A stretch of DNA of 64,000 nucleotides from NCBI RefSeq assembly GCF_028641065.1, contig NW_026576865.1:1-64000 (forward strand), written 5' to 3'. This DNA comes from Leucoraja erinacea (Eukaryota). The position numbers were made by a program, and so were the translations under genes. This document shows, one piece after another, positions 1-12,766 of this stretch (positions are counted from its first letter, which is position 1; each line of letters starts with the position of its first letter). The notes beneath the pieces are model-generated. The model was given only the letters and a program-made list of their open reading frames with translations. It was not told the DNA's origin and made no database searches.

Positions 1-2787
1 GGCCGATACGGAAAAGGTGAGAAGAGAAGGAATGAATGGAAGAAGGGAAGAGGGGAAGGGGGAAGAAGGGGGAAGAAAAGAGTGAGAGAAAAAAGTGGTT
101 GGGGATGGGGGGATGGGGGGGGTTGGGGAGGGGTGGGGGGGTGGAAGAGATAGGGAAAGGGAGTGGGGGATAGATGATGGGGGGGGGGGGTAGGTGGGAG
201 TGGTGAAAAAGGATGTAGAAAATGACAAATTGACCAGAAAGGATAGGTAGGAAATGAAAAAAGAATAGATAGAAAAAAAGGTAGATTTTTAACCTTCTTA
301 TATGTTCCCTTCCGGCGCGGGTTTTTTCAATTACCCATTGGTGGTGTGGTGGTGGATTTCTCCCAGTTCTCCCTCCTTCTTCTCAACATCCCATCCCAAC
401 CACACACTTTTGTCCCTCACCATCCTGTATTGGAGGTGATAGAACATAGAACATAGAATTATTTTCAGTGTAGCCATTCGGCCCTTCTATCTTCCCGCAT
501 TCAATTGATCATGTCTGATCACCACTTCATATCTCCTTTTACTCCTTCTCTCCATACCCCTGATCCCCTTAGCCACAAGGCCCAATCTAACCCCTCTTTT
601 TCTTAATTAGCCAATGCTGCCTCAACTACCCTCTGTGGCAGAGAGGGCCAGAGATTTTCCCCACTCTCCTGGTGAACCAAAGTTCTTCCCTCATCCTCGT
701 TTTAAAAGTTTCCCCTTTCATATCCTTAACTGTGCCCCTTGTCATGGACTTCCCTAACACGTGATCAATCTTTCCTTGCATCATCCTGTCCACCCCTTAA
801 AATTTTGTAAGTTTTCTAATAAGATTCCCCTCTCAATCTTCTACATCTAGAGAGTATAACCCAAGTCCCTATCCAGGTCTTTCTTCATAAGACATCCCGA
901 CATCCCGAATCAGTCTGATTCCTCATCCTTCATCAGACCCTCATTGAAACTCACCAAATAGTGAAGGCCTGGATCGAGTGGTTTGGCAGGATGTTCCACG
1001 GTGGGAGAGTCTAATCTAGGACCAGAGGTTCACAGCCCGAAGGAAGAATTTATGAAGGAGGATGAGAAGGACTTCTGAAGGGAGAAGGAAATGGATAGGA
1101 TCGCAGAAGTCTTTGCAATAAATCCGGGGAATAGAATCCTAGGTTATATTAAAGGGCAGAGACATGATGATTCGGGAAAACGGGTGTGTCTGGGTTATGG
1201 CATGCGGCGGATGACTGGTATATTTGAGATTAAATAAAGGGAGGGGAGTGATCAGACGACGGCAGGGGATGGAGGAAGAATAGGAGGGGAGGTAGAAAGG
1301 AGGGAGCACGGAGGGCAAGCAGAGAAAGAGGGAGAGGGAGGGATGAAGAAAAAAAAGGGAACTTCCTAACCATGAAACTAGCCCGATTTCTGGATTTGGT
1401 CCTGAACTCCTGCGAGGGAGGCTGTATTAAATTAATAGGATTGGTGGGGGTGTGAAGGGTTGAGAAACATCCCACCGGGAAGAAGACCCCATGGAAAACC
1501 AGGGGAACAGGGGGGGGGGGCTCCCCCCAGACACACGGGGGATCAGAAAAAGGAAGGGGGGGGAGATCGAGTTGGAGAAGGTTAAAACCGCAAGAGAAAA
1601 GGGCAACAAAGTATAAAATGGGAAGGGGGGTGGGAGGTTCAGGGATACTAAAAATGAAGAGCGAACCCCCCGAAGGGGGGAAAAGAAAACGACGACAATG
1701 GGGGAAATACGAATGTGAGAAAGAGAAAGGTTAAAGTGGGTATCAAACGTTAGATCGACAGAAAATGGTGTGAAAAAAGCAGAGAACAGAAACAGCCGAT
1801 AACGAAAAGGTGGTGTATCGCAGAGGTGGCAGGTCAAGTACTCCCGAGAAACAGTAAGGGAAATATGGGAGAAAATCAAAAAAGGAAGGGGAGGAATTCA
1901 CAAAAAGAATAGAGACATGAGCGGGGGGGAGGAAGAAGGAGAATAAGCAAAATGAGACACCCGGGATTAGGGAGAAGTGGACCGCAGCTAAAAGGGGGAA
2001 AGGGAAAAAAAAAAGCAAAGACAAAGATAGGGATGGTCAGAAAAAAAGATTGAGGGGAGAAGGAAGGGTAGGGGAAGGAGAGAAGAAAAAAGGAAAGAAA
2101 AATGAAAAAAAGAGATAGGGGGAGAAAAAAAAAAGGGAAAATAAGGCGATGGGGGGGACATGGTAGGGAATGGGAGGAAGGGGGAGAGCGAGGGTGGAGT
2201 GGAGAAAGGAGTTGGAGAGAGGGGAAGGGAGAGCGAGCGAGGAGTTAAAGGGAGGGTGGTGAAGAGTTTGCGGTCAGGAGGGGTATTTGGGGGGAAGGGA
2301 GGAGGAGGGGGGGGCGGTGCTGGAAGGGAGAAGATAGTCGGACGGGATGGATGGATATGGTGTAAGTGGAAGATGAGGTAAGGGGCAAGGTAGCATCAGT
2401 GGGACGTGTCGCCAAGTCGGGGATGCTCGTTGACGGCGAGCCGCGCGTAGGAGGGTGCGGAGGTGGAGTCAGATGTGCGGCCGCAGGGACGGGGATGGGC
2501 GGACGTGGGCGAGGGGGGGGTTCTGGAAGGGAGGCTGGGATCGGGGGGAGAGGAGGGTGAGAGGTTGGTATTTCTTAGTGGTGGGGACTCTGTCTCGGCT
2601 GATTGGACGGTCCTTTTGCTTACTCTTCTCTCGTTTGGTTGTCGCCGTTGTGCGTGTTCTCAACCCGTGCGCGTTCGGAGCGGTGAAGGGATCCGGAAGG
2701 GTGGGGAGGTGAGGGTTGCAGTGCACTATGCAACCCGCGAACTGTGTGTGGGGGTGGGAGGGGGTTGAGTGGGGGGTGTGGGGGAAG

Positions 2788-2923
2788 CTAGACGCGCAAT
2801 TTGATTTCCTCAATGACGTGGTGGCAAAGCCCGTGCCCGCTGAAGGCGGATGAGGACATGAGGCTACAGAGAGTGACCCACAGGGCACCGCCCCGCCTTC
2901 TCCCGCACTCGGTGGAGGAGCAG
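2788..2923 (+). CDS. DRAP1: Probable degraded DRAP1 (NC2-alpha) internal exon, boundaries uncertain
   Basis: 2788-2838 reads LDAQFDFLNDVVAKPVP, resembling human DRAP1 LEQQFDFLKDLVASVP. The frame then breaks down in error-rich sequence and no clean acceptor is visible. Confidence 0.5.
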
Positions 2924-3751
2924 GTGTAGGAGGGAGGGAGGGGGGGGGGGGGGAAGAGGGGGGTGAAGTCCTCATCTCGGCATTCTCCCCTGGAAGGTGG
3001 GGGTGGGCATTGAATTGAATTTGAATGAATTTCCTTATTGTCTTCAGACCTTAGGTCTGAACGAAATTTCGTGCCGCAGTCATACACATTATACATAATA
3101 CAACAATAAACCAAATTAACTTCCACCACAGTGGTCCTCCCCAACACCTCCTCACGTGTGTAGGGGCAAAAATCTATAGGGTTAGCTTCTCTCCCTCTGT
3201 CCCTCTTCGGCTGAGGCGATTTCCCCACCGGGCGAATGGTTATACACAGTCCCCGCAGCTCCCGAACACCCCCAGAGAACGGGCCTTTCAAACCTGCGGC
3301 CCGGGTGTCGAAGCCCGACGCACCGCCATCCCAGCACACGCCGCCCCCCTCCGCCGCGGCTGAACCCAGGACTCTGGACCAACAACAACCGCCGCCAGAA
3401 ACGTCGTCCCAGCCACCGGAGCCAAGATCAACAACCCGTCCCATACCCCTGACCGGATCGCCCTCCACGTTGGGGTGGATTAGAGGGAGGGCTGCAGGCG
3501 TGGAGGGGGTTGAGGCGTTTAGGAGGGGAGGGTGGGGGGCACGGAGGGGAGGGGGGGCACAGAAAAGGGGTGGTGAAGTGCCTCATCTCTTCTCTGCCAT
3601 GCCATTGAAGGGGGGTGGGCGTTGGAGGGGACTAGAGGGTGGGGGTGGAGGTAGGGGTGAGGAGGGGAGTTGAGGTTGGGGGGGCACAGAAAGGGGTGGT
3701 GAAGGGCTGAGGGCCTCTCTTCGTCACACTCCCCGTCTCTCTGCGCTCCAG

Positions 3752-3851
3752 GGGGAGAAAAACCCGGACGGCCCGGCGGAACAACCAACGGGGGATCCGG
3801 GGCCAAGAAGGGGAATGACAATAACGGTCGAGCACCGAGTCCGAACAGGAG
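3752..3851 (+). CDS. DRAP1: DRAP1 internal exon with apparent sequencing indels
   Basis: Pyrimidine tract plus CAG acceptor at 3750-51 and GTTAGT donor at 3852. Peptides GRK/PGRPGGTTNGGSGAKK ... STESEQE match human [31 protein letters not shown] but need two frame changes. Confidence 0.7.
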
Positions 3852-4455
3852 GTTAGTCCGTTCCCGGGCGGCCAGCGTCCGTGCCGTCTGTGCCGCCCAC
3901 TCCCGCTCAACTTCCGATCACGAGCACCACACTGTCAGTCATCACGTTTATTTCGGTAGCACGTTACAAACACAACTCTCGTTGTCCAAGTCCTTACATT
4001 GGTGGAGGTTGTTATTTTAGTTATTTAATTTATTTATGGGCGCCTCTCTCAAGAGTCCTCAAGGAAACGCGACAAAATTTAGCAGGTAAGGAAAACATGT
4101 AGGGGAATGACATACATAGTCGAGACATGCCTAGTACACAAAGTGAATACAGAATTCAATACAAAACACATACGCTGCCAGTTAATGCACAGATAAAGGA
4201 GGGGGACGTGGGGCTAAGGATAGGCAGAGGTGAAGAGAGGGTCCTTGAGGCGGGGACTGGACGATGGTTGATGGACACTGAATTGGCTGATCAGTTGGGG
4301 GATGAGTTTCCATAGCCTGGAGCTGCCTGGACAGGCTCGACCCAACGCGGAGTTGGACTTGATGGTATTGAGAGGAGACTCGTCTGATGTGGAGTCTGGG
4401 GGACCGTTGAGGGTTGGTAGGGGGAGAGGGGTCAGTGATATAGTGGTGGGTTGGT

Positions 4456-4507
<52 letters not shown>

Positions 4508-4519
4508 CGCATATGGTGG

Positions 4520-4900
4520 AGGGCTTTGTGTGAGGACCAGGAAAATATATTGTAGGTGACCTGGGGAGGATGGAAGCCAGTGACGTTGTTTTGAAGGACT
4601 GGAGTGATGTTTCCAGGATTTGTGTGGGTGACGTGTCGGGCGGCTGCAGTCTGGACCCATTGGTCGTTTGCTGAGGTTGAGCGGGCCAAGAGAAGTGAGT
4701 TGCAGTGTCCCATCGTGAGGAGTATGAAAGTCGTGGAGAGTCTTTCAGCGCGGAGGTGTGAGAGAGGGTCTGAGTTTGGCGATTGTTGCTATATGAAAGA
4801 AGGAGTTTTGAACGACATGGCGGATGTGAGCGCAAGGGAGAGGGTGGCATCAAATATCACGCCAGGTTTCGGGCCTTTGGAGTATGGGAACAGTGGGTGC
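4520..4900 (-). mobile_element. Degraded L2-type LINE fragment
   Basis: Minus strand resembles an L2 ORF2 3' region (NITPVLQ...HPP-like motif) with many errors. Confidence 0.4.
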
Positions 4901-5869
4901 CGTCGATGGTGAGAGTGGGGTTTATGATTTTGCTCGTACTCTACGTTATACACATGGTTCAATATGATTACGGACTAGAAGGGCCGAGATGGCCTTTTTC
5001 CGTGCGGTAATTGTTCTATCTTTAGTACGTACAATATATACATACATCTAGCCTCTCCTTCGCGGAATTTGAAAGTGTGAGGGGGGGATCTTTTAGAAAC
5101 TATAAATTCTTAGGGGGTTGGACAGGCTGATGCAGGAAGATGATTCCCTATGTTGGGGAAGTCCGCACAAGGGCCACACACGACAGTTTAAGGATAAGGG
5201 GAAATCTTTTAGGACCGGATGGAAAAACATTTTTCACACAGAGATGGTAATCGGTGGATTCTCTGCCACAGAGTGCATTGAGGCCACACAGTTCCTTGGG
5301 CTATATTTAGAGGAGTTAGATGTGGCCCTTGTGGCTAAGGATCACGGGGGTAATGGAGAGACGTCACAAGCCAAAGCAAGCGCTGTCTGCGGAGGGCGCT
5401 CCGCATCCCAAGGACGTTGCTCTCAACCCCAACCATGACTTTTTTACACCCTCCTACCATCTCGGAGGCCTACAACAGGTCTCTCTCCGTTGCCGAACCA
5501 CAGGTCGTAGGACAGCTTCTTTTCCGGCGGCTTGTCACCACTCAGCAACGTAACCTCGTTGACTGCCATCACCACCCCACCCCCCCCCCCCCCCCCCCCC
5601 CGGACACTTTATGATTCTTTAGTTCAAATCCGTTTTGCTATTCGTCTCTTCAGAGATGCTAAATGCATTTCTTGTCTCTTCTGTACTGTACACTGACAAT
5701 TTACAAGTAAAATTGAATCGGAATCTGAATCTGAGAGAAGGCGGGATGTGCTATGAGTTGTGAATCCCCATGATCTATTGAATGGTGCCGAAGGGTGCAA
5801 GGCTCAAGGGCCGAAGGCCTCTACTCCTGCCCAGTGTCTATGTTCTCTGTCTCATAGTCCGTAAGACGG

Positions 5870-6090
5870 CTTAGAGTAAAGGATGATTTTGAAGGCTCGA
5901 CTTACAAACTCCAAACTCCCGGGAGGTGGGTGCGGTGGGTGAGCAGGCTTTGTGTGGTGGGGGAAAGCCCCCTAAGGGCTTTGTAAACATAAAGGAGAAC
6001 CTTGAAATTTATTCGGAACCGCACAGGGAGCCAGTGGAGAGAGGCCAGGATCGGTGATGATGTGGTCCTTGTTTTTAGAACCCTTTTGCA
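5870..6090 (-). mobile_element. L2 LINE ORF2 C-terminal fragment
   Basis: Minus-strand peptide SPILASLHWLPVRFRINFKVLLYVYKAL carries the typical L2 LHWLPV motif. Confidence 0.75.
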
Positions 6091-6262
6091 GCGGGACAGG
6101 GAAATAGCTGATTGCAGTGTAAGGGCACTGGCCCTGCCCCAATCCGCTCGAGTCCTCCCAGCCGTTCGCCATCGACCGAGCCTCGGGGGGGGTGGTTTAA
6201 TGAGGCCAGACATCGCCGCTGTCCCCCCCCCCCCCTCACACACACCTCCCTGTCGACTGCAG

Positions 6263-6342
6263 GACGAGTCGGAGGAGAGTGAGACGGACGAGGAAGAGGC
6301 ATCGCGTTCCAGCGCCGACAAACCCGGTGACCAGGTCCACAG
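6263..6342 (+). CDS. DRAP1: DRAP1 penultimate coding exon
   Basis: TGCAG acceptor, then DESEESETDEEEASRSSADKPGDQVH plus 2 nt, then a GT donor at 6343. Compare human DESEDTDTDGEEETS. Phase 2 fits the next exon. Confidence 0.8.
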
Positions 6343-6354
6343 GTGGTGTTGACC

Positions 6355-7565
6355 AAGCCCCGCCCGCCCCCCCCCCCCCCCCACACCTGACAACCCCCCC
6401 CCCCCCCCCACACCCTGACACCCTTTCCACCCCCGCCCCCCCCCACACACCCTTACAACCCCCCCCCCCCCCCACCCACCCCCCCTGACAACCCCGCCTG
6501 CCTCTCCGGGGCCCCCACAGGGGGAGGGGGGGGGGGGTGTGGGGTGAACCCTGACCCGTCGTGGCCCCCCCCCCCACCCTACAACCCCCCTCCCCCCCCA
6601 CCCTGACCCCCCTCCCCCCCCCCCACAACCCTGACAACCCACCCCCTCTTTTCCACCCCCCCCACACCCTGACAACCCCCCTCCCCCCCCCCCCACCCTG
6701 ACAAACCCCCCTCCCTCCCCCCCCCCCACCTGACAACCCCCCTCCTCTCCCCCCCCCACCCCCTGACAACCCCCCTCCCCCCCCCCACCACGGACACCCC
6801 GCCTCCTCCCCCCCCCACCATGACAACCCCCTCCTCCCCCCACACACCCTGACAACCCTCCTCCCCCCCCCCCCACCCTGACACCCCCCTCCGCCCCCCC
6901 ACAACCCTGACGAACCCCCTCCTCCCCCCCCCATCACCTGACACCCCCCTCCCCCCCCCCCCACCTGACACCCCCTCCACCCCCCCAACACCCTGACACC
7001 CCCCTCTCCCCCCCCCACACCTGACACCCTTCCCCCCCCCCCCCCACAGACCCTGACAACACCCCCCTCCCCCCCCCACACCCTGACAACCCCCCTCCTC
7101 CCACCCCCCCCACCCACACCCTGACAAAAACCCCCTCCTCCCCCTCCACTGACCCCCCCCCCCCACTCGGACAACCCCCCTCCTTTCCCCCCCACCACAC
7201 CCTGCCAACCCCCCTCCTCCCCCCCCCACACCGTGACAACCCCTCCCCACCCTGCCCACCCCCCCACAACCCCACAAACCACCTCCACACCCACGAACAC
7301 CCTACACACCCCTCCTGAAACCCCCGCACCCTGACCAACCTTGACAACCCCCCCCCCCACCCTTGACAACCCCCTCCCCCCACCCACCTTGTATCAACCC
7401 CCCCCCCCCCCCCTTACACCCCTCCCCCCCCCCACCCCTGACAACCCCCGCCCCCCTCCTTTCACCCCCCCCCCCCAGCCCTGACAACTCCCCCCCACAC
7501 CCCCTGACAACCCCCTTCCCCCCCCCCACCGTGACAGACTCCTCCCCCCCCCCACCCCTTTGACA
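6355..7565. repeat. C-rich minisatellite (core ACCCTGACAA + C-runs) in the last DRAP1 intron
   Basis: More than 30 imperfect copies of (c)accctgacaa separated by poly-C runs. It is the source of the spurious poly-Gly ORFs. Confidence 0.85.
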
Positions 7566-8884
7566 CTCCTCTCCACAGGCACGCATACTCACCGATGGAC
7601 GGACAAACACAATCACAGAGCTGCAAGTGATGTCCTGTATTTCTTCTAGTGTGGTGTCATGCCTGGTGCTGCTGCGTGTGTATGTAGTATTTTGTCTGTA
7701 TATGTTTGTTGGGTGTTTGGTCTATTGTTGGGTTGTGTATGTCTTTTTATATGTGTTGGTGATAATTAATGTGTTCTAGGTGTGTGTGCGTTTTGTATAG
7801 ACTAGGTAGTGTGTATATTATATCTGCTGCTTATGTGTGTGTGTCGTGGTGTGTTCTTTTGTCTATGTGTGTGGTGTTGTGTGTGTTTAGAGTGTGTGTG
7901 TGTATTAGTGTGTGTGTTTATATATTCAAGTGTCAAGATTTCATTTATATGTTGTCCCATTTGGACCCCTTGGTCCAAAACGAAATGCCCGTTTGTGCGC
8001 ATACATTACAGACACATAGACAGAAGACAACAACATAATTCACTCAACATCCATGCACATTGCTGTGATGAAGTCAAAAAAATATGTCTCCACTGCCTCC
8101 CCGCCCCCCCCCCACCCCCCCCCCCCCCCGATGTCAGGAGTCCAAGTCAAACCCCCCGTCATCCGATTGCGATTTCCCGCGGCCATTAAGCACTCCGGGT
8201 GATGCGAGGTCGCACACCGGGTCTTGGTGTTAGAGCCCCCGGCGTGCGCTCGCAGATTCCCGCGGCCATTCCAAGCGGGCGCTGGGGCGGTGCTGTCAGG
8301 TGCCCCCCGCTCCAGGAGCTCTTCAAAACCCACCGCAACTCGGATCGGGAGAATTCGCCATTGCAGGAGCACTGAAAGCGGTCCTCCCTCCATGTACCCG
8401 CGGCTCCCGTGCGCCGTCCGCCATACACGCAGTGGCATCCTCCGATCTCTAATTAGGTGGTGTGTGTTATCAGCAGCGCTCCTCCACCTGTTCCGGTGTA
8501 GCGCTGTGGGTGTGAGTTGAGTGTCGTCTACCTCGTCCCCGGCTGCTGTATAAGTTGTGCCCCAATGACAACGGGATATGTCAAAGTGTGTGTGTGTCTA
8601 TATTTATTGTGTCCCTCCCTGTGTAACATAAACCAGCCAAAAATATAAAAACTCAGACGGGCTGCAGAGCCGCTTGGCGTNNNNNNNNNNNNNNNNNNNN
8701 NNNNNNNNNNNNNNNNNNNNNNNNNNNNNNNNNNNNNNNNNNNNNNNNNNNNNNNNNNNNNNNNNNNNNNNNNNNNNNNNNNNNNNNNNNNNNNNNNNNN
8801 NNNNNNNNNNNNNNNNNNNNNNNNNNNNNNNNNNNNNNNNNNNNGGTGATCTCTAATGCTATGTCTCTCCGTTGCCCCCTGCAG

Positions 8885-9032
8885 TGTGGAGCAGGTGCTG
8901 TGCTGCCCCCCGCCGGCCCCCCACATGCCCATGTACACGCCGCTGACCAGCGCCTTCCCCCTGCCCAGCCCCCCGCTGGGTACCAGCTACCACGACGGCG
9001 ACCAGGACCTGGACGATGACTACGATTCCTAG
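8885..9032 (+). CDS. DRAP1: DRAP1 terminal coding exon
   Basis: CTGCAG acceptor, then (S)VEQVLCCPPPAPHMPMYTPLTSAFPLPSPPLGTSYHDGDQDLDDDYDS-TAG. The Pro-rich then acidic DYDS C-terminus is as in human DRAP1, and it is in frame with the 6263-6342 exon. Confidence 0.85.
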
Positions 9033-10200
9033 CTCCCACCGCCAGCGGCCACTGGCCGGCAACGCCAGCGTTTTACTCCCCGCGCCAGAGAGAGCGCGTG
9101 CGTGCGCGTGTGTGTGTGGCTGCGTGTGTGTGTGTGAGCTTGTGTGTACATCTGTGCGTGTGTGTGTGTGTGTGCATATGTGTACGTATATCCTGTCTCC
9201 GCTTCCTCCCTCCCTCCCACCCCCCTACTCTCACCCCCNNNNNNNNNNNNNNNNNNNNNNNNNNNNNNNNNNNNNNNNNNNNNNNNNNNNNNNNNNNNNN
9301 NNNNNNNNNNNNNNNNNNNNNNNNNNNNNNNNNNNNNNNNNNNNNNNNNNNNNNNNNNNNNNNNNNNNNNNNNNNNNNCTCCCCCCCCTTCTTTCTCCCC
9401 CCCCCTTCTTTCTCTCCTCCCTTCTTCTCTCCTCCCTTCTCTCTCTCCCCTTTTCTCTCTCCCCCCCTCCCTCTCTCTTCTCTCTTCCCCTCTCTCTCTC
9501 TCTCTCTCCCTCTCCCCCTTCTCTCTCTCTCCTCCTCCTTCCCTCTCTCCCCCTCTTTCTCTCTCCCTCCCCCTCTTTCCCTCCCCTCTCTCACCCCGTC
9601 TCTCCCTCCTTCCCCTTCTGAAAGAGATAACTTTCACAGTGTTTCCACCAAGGTTTATTTCTGTTGAACTTCCCCTTCCCCTCTCCCCCCTCCTCCCTCC
9701 CTCCCCTCCTCCTCCTCTCCCGCTCCCCCCCTCCCCTCTCCCCCTCCAGACCCCTCTCCTCCCTCCTCCCCCCTCCTCTCTCTCTTCCCCCCTCTTTCCC
9801 CCTCCCCCCTCCTCCTCTCCCCCCTCTCCTCCCCCCTCCCCTTCCCCCCCCTCTCTCCCCCTCCCCTCTGCCCCCATGTTTTTATTGACCACAGACAGAT
9901 TCACCTCGTGTAGGAAGGAACTGCAGACGCTGGTTTGAACCCGAAGATAAGGCACAAAACGCTGGAGTAACTCGGCGGGACGGGCAGCAACTCTGGAGAG
10001 AAGGAATGGGCGGCGTTTCGGGTCGAGACCCTTCTGCGGACCCGTTCCTCCTGCCTGCCCCCGCGGTCACTCCGGCGTTTTGCGTCCACCTTCGGTGTAA
10101 ACCGGCACCTGCAGTTCCTCCCCCCTCCCCCTCCCCTCGTCGAATCGGCCGTTCCGTTCTAATTTTTTTAATCAAATTGTCAAATTCCATATCCGTGTGC

Positions 10201-10206
10201 AATAAA
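10201..10206 (+). terminator. Candidate DRAP1 polyadenylation signal
   Basis: AATAAA about 1.2 kb downstream of the stop codon. Confidence 0.45.
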
Positions 10207-10849
10207 GTTTGGATGGAAGTAACTCGACCGGCAATCTCTTGCTCTTCCTCGACACGGGGGGGGGGGGGGGGGGGGGGGGGGTCAGTTGGGGGAGAGCGCG
10301 GGGGGGACATCATTTCCCACCCCCCCCCCCCCCTCCCCCTCAAAGGCACAGAGTCCGACAATCTCTCCACCTCCCTTCACAGCGAACACTTCTTGGTCAT
10401 GAGGTCATAAGTGATCGGAGCAGGGATTAATATTAAATTAATATTAACATTTTGGAAAAACCCAATTAAAATGTGGATTATGGAAAGTGTCTGAGACCTT
10501 ACACTTGGAAAAAATTAGACTTGTCCTAATTGACAAATCAGAACTATTTGCTAGAATGTGGTCTCCACTGAGGCCAGTTCATTGGCTATATTGAAGAGGG
10601 AGTTAGATGTGGCCCTTGTGGCTAGAGGGATCTCTGCAGGATTGGGGATGATCAGCCATGATCATATTGAATGGCGGTGCAGGCTCTAAGGGCCGAATGG
10701 CCTACTCCTGCACCTATTTTCTACGTTTCTATTGATTTTCTGAAAGGGTGAATTGGTTCAACACGGAAGCTTGACTGAAACTTGAATCCAGGAATGGATG
10801 AATAATTACACTTTACCTAATTGGAGACTTATAGAGAAAGGTTTGAGGC

Positions 10850-11268
10850 CAAGTTAGGGCTTTATCTTTGGAGCGCAGAAGGTTAAGGGGGGGACTTGAT
10901 AGAGGTCTTTAAAATGATGAGAGGGATAGACCCCGGTTGACGTGGATAAGCTTTTTCCCATTGAGAGTAGGGAAGATTCAAACAAGAGGACATGATTTGA
11001 GAATTAAGGGACAGAAGTTTAGGGGAAATATGAGGGGGAACTTCTTTACTCAGAGAGTGGTAGCTGTGTGGAATGAGCTTCCAGTGGAAGTGGTGGAGGC
11101 AGGTTCAATTTTATAATTTAAAAATAAATTGGATAGGTTTATGGACGGGAAAGGAATGGAGGGTTATGGTCTGAGTGCAGGTAGATGGGTGAGAGTAAGT
11201 GTTCGGCACGGACTAGAATGTCCGAGATGGCCTGTTTCCGTGCTGTAATTGTTATATGGTTATATGGT
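10850..11268 (+). mobile_element. CR1 LINE 3' end, subfamily with (GTTATATG)n tail
   Basis: Encodes [20 protein letters not shown]-type C-terminal CR1 peptide followed by a 3' UTR and gttatatggttatatgg tail. Confidence 0.85.
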
Positions 11269-12060
11269 AATTTTGTCCCTTGTCTGTGCTTTGAGTCCAA
11301 AATAAAGTTTATCATTCTACATAAAAATCAGGAGGAATATATATATATATGTGTGTGTGTGTTATATGATTATATACATCTATATCACATTCACGTGTGT
11401 ATGTGTGTTCTTTCCTACATAATATAATCAGTTGTAAGCTCGATGAATAAAATCATCCTTAAGTTATACATCATTTGTTAATCTTGCTCAAAACAAATGT
11501 TATATTGTTAGATACTTCATTGAGGTAACCCCACCATTACAGACAGATCTCATCCACTCTCTGGATATTGGGAAGTCCAGACCCATTTTATTCCAGAGAC
11601 ACAAAAATACATTAAGGAACATTCCTAGAGTTGAGCAACTGGAACCTCCATGTAGCTATTATTTTACCAAATACCGCAGTTGTGAATAAGTGCGATCAAA
11701 TGAATTACAGAGTGCAAGTTTAATACAAACATCAACTCATTTTAAACACAGCACATGAGCCATTTAAAAAGATTATTTTTTAAAAAAACTTTAAAAAGAA
11801 GAAAATTTAAAAAAAAAGATTAAAAAAAGAAAATTAACAGAATTGGCATATTAATCATTAACATAACATAGTAGAATTATGAATAGTGGGTCTAACATTA
11901 TATCACACACACAAACTGTTCCCCCACAACGCTGATTACACTGCGAGAGGGATTTACAAAGTCGGATCGGGTTACTAAAATGGCCGACGAAAAACCTGAC
12001 GTTCCGCTCCGTTACGTACTACACGTCAGCCCATTGGTTTTAGCAGGAGTGGTCTATCTT

Positions 12061-12740
12061 AGTGCTCCGCTCGTGCCGGATGTGAAGTCATAGAGGGGCG
12101 GAAGAGGCCATCAGAAGGGGGTGGGAAGTGCCCCGCTCTTGCCGGATGTGAAGTCATAGAGGGGGCGGAAGTTGGCCTCAGAAGGGGGGGAAGGCAGGTT
12201 CGCTCTTTGCCGGATGTGAAAATCATAGAGGGGCGGGAAGTGGCCACAGAAGTGGGGATAAGGTCGGAGTAGGATCTGTGGGGGAATGTGCCCCGCTCTT
12301 GCCGGATGTGAAGTCATAGAGGGGCGGAAGTGACCACAGAAGGGGGATAAGCTCGCAGTAGGATCTTTGGGGGAATGTGCCCCGCTCTTGCCGGATGTGA
12401 AGTCATAGAGGGGCGGAAGTGGCCACAGAAGGGGGGGAAAAGCTCGCTGTAGGATCTTTGGGGGAATTTGCCCCGCTCTTGCCGGATGTGAAGTCATAGA
12501 GGGGCGGAAGTGGCCATAGAATGGGGGGGGAAAGTGCCCCGCTCTTGCCGGATGTGAAGTCATAGAGGGGCGGAAGTGGCCACAGAATGGGGGGAAAGTG
12601 CCCCGCTCTTGCCGGATGTGAAGTCATAGAGGGGCGGAAGTGGCCACAGAATGGGGGGGGAAACTGGGCCCAGTGCCCCGCTCTTGCCGGATGTGACGTC
12701 CTTTGCTGTGACGTCAGTGCGGCGGGGGGCGGAAGTGAAG
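12061..12740 (+). promoter_or_regulatory. Tandemly amplified cystatin proximal promoter (ETS/GABP + Sp1 boxes, terminal CRE)
   Basis: About 8 copies of gtgccccgctcttgCCGGATGTgaagtcatagaGGGGCGGAAGTggcca plus a final variant with TGACGTCA (12709-16) and GGGGCGGAAGTG about 30 nt before the ATG. Confidence 0.7.
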
Positions 12741-12766
12741 CGAATTGTTTACTGCGTGAAGACAAG

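Noticed and set aside
5902-7616. Long Gly-rich ORFs (up to 383 aa)
   Set aside because: Translations of a C-rich minisatellite, open in several frames.
8080-8520. CpG-rich stretch with overlapping ORFs in the DRAP1 intron
   Set aside because: No recognisable protein or phase-compatible splice pair; the flanking DRAP1 exons already join in frame.
12061-12740. CRISPR-like repeat/spacer appearance
   Set aside because: Vertebrate context, linkers are related to each other instead of unique, the repeat is ~55 bp, and there are no cas genes.
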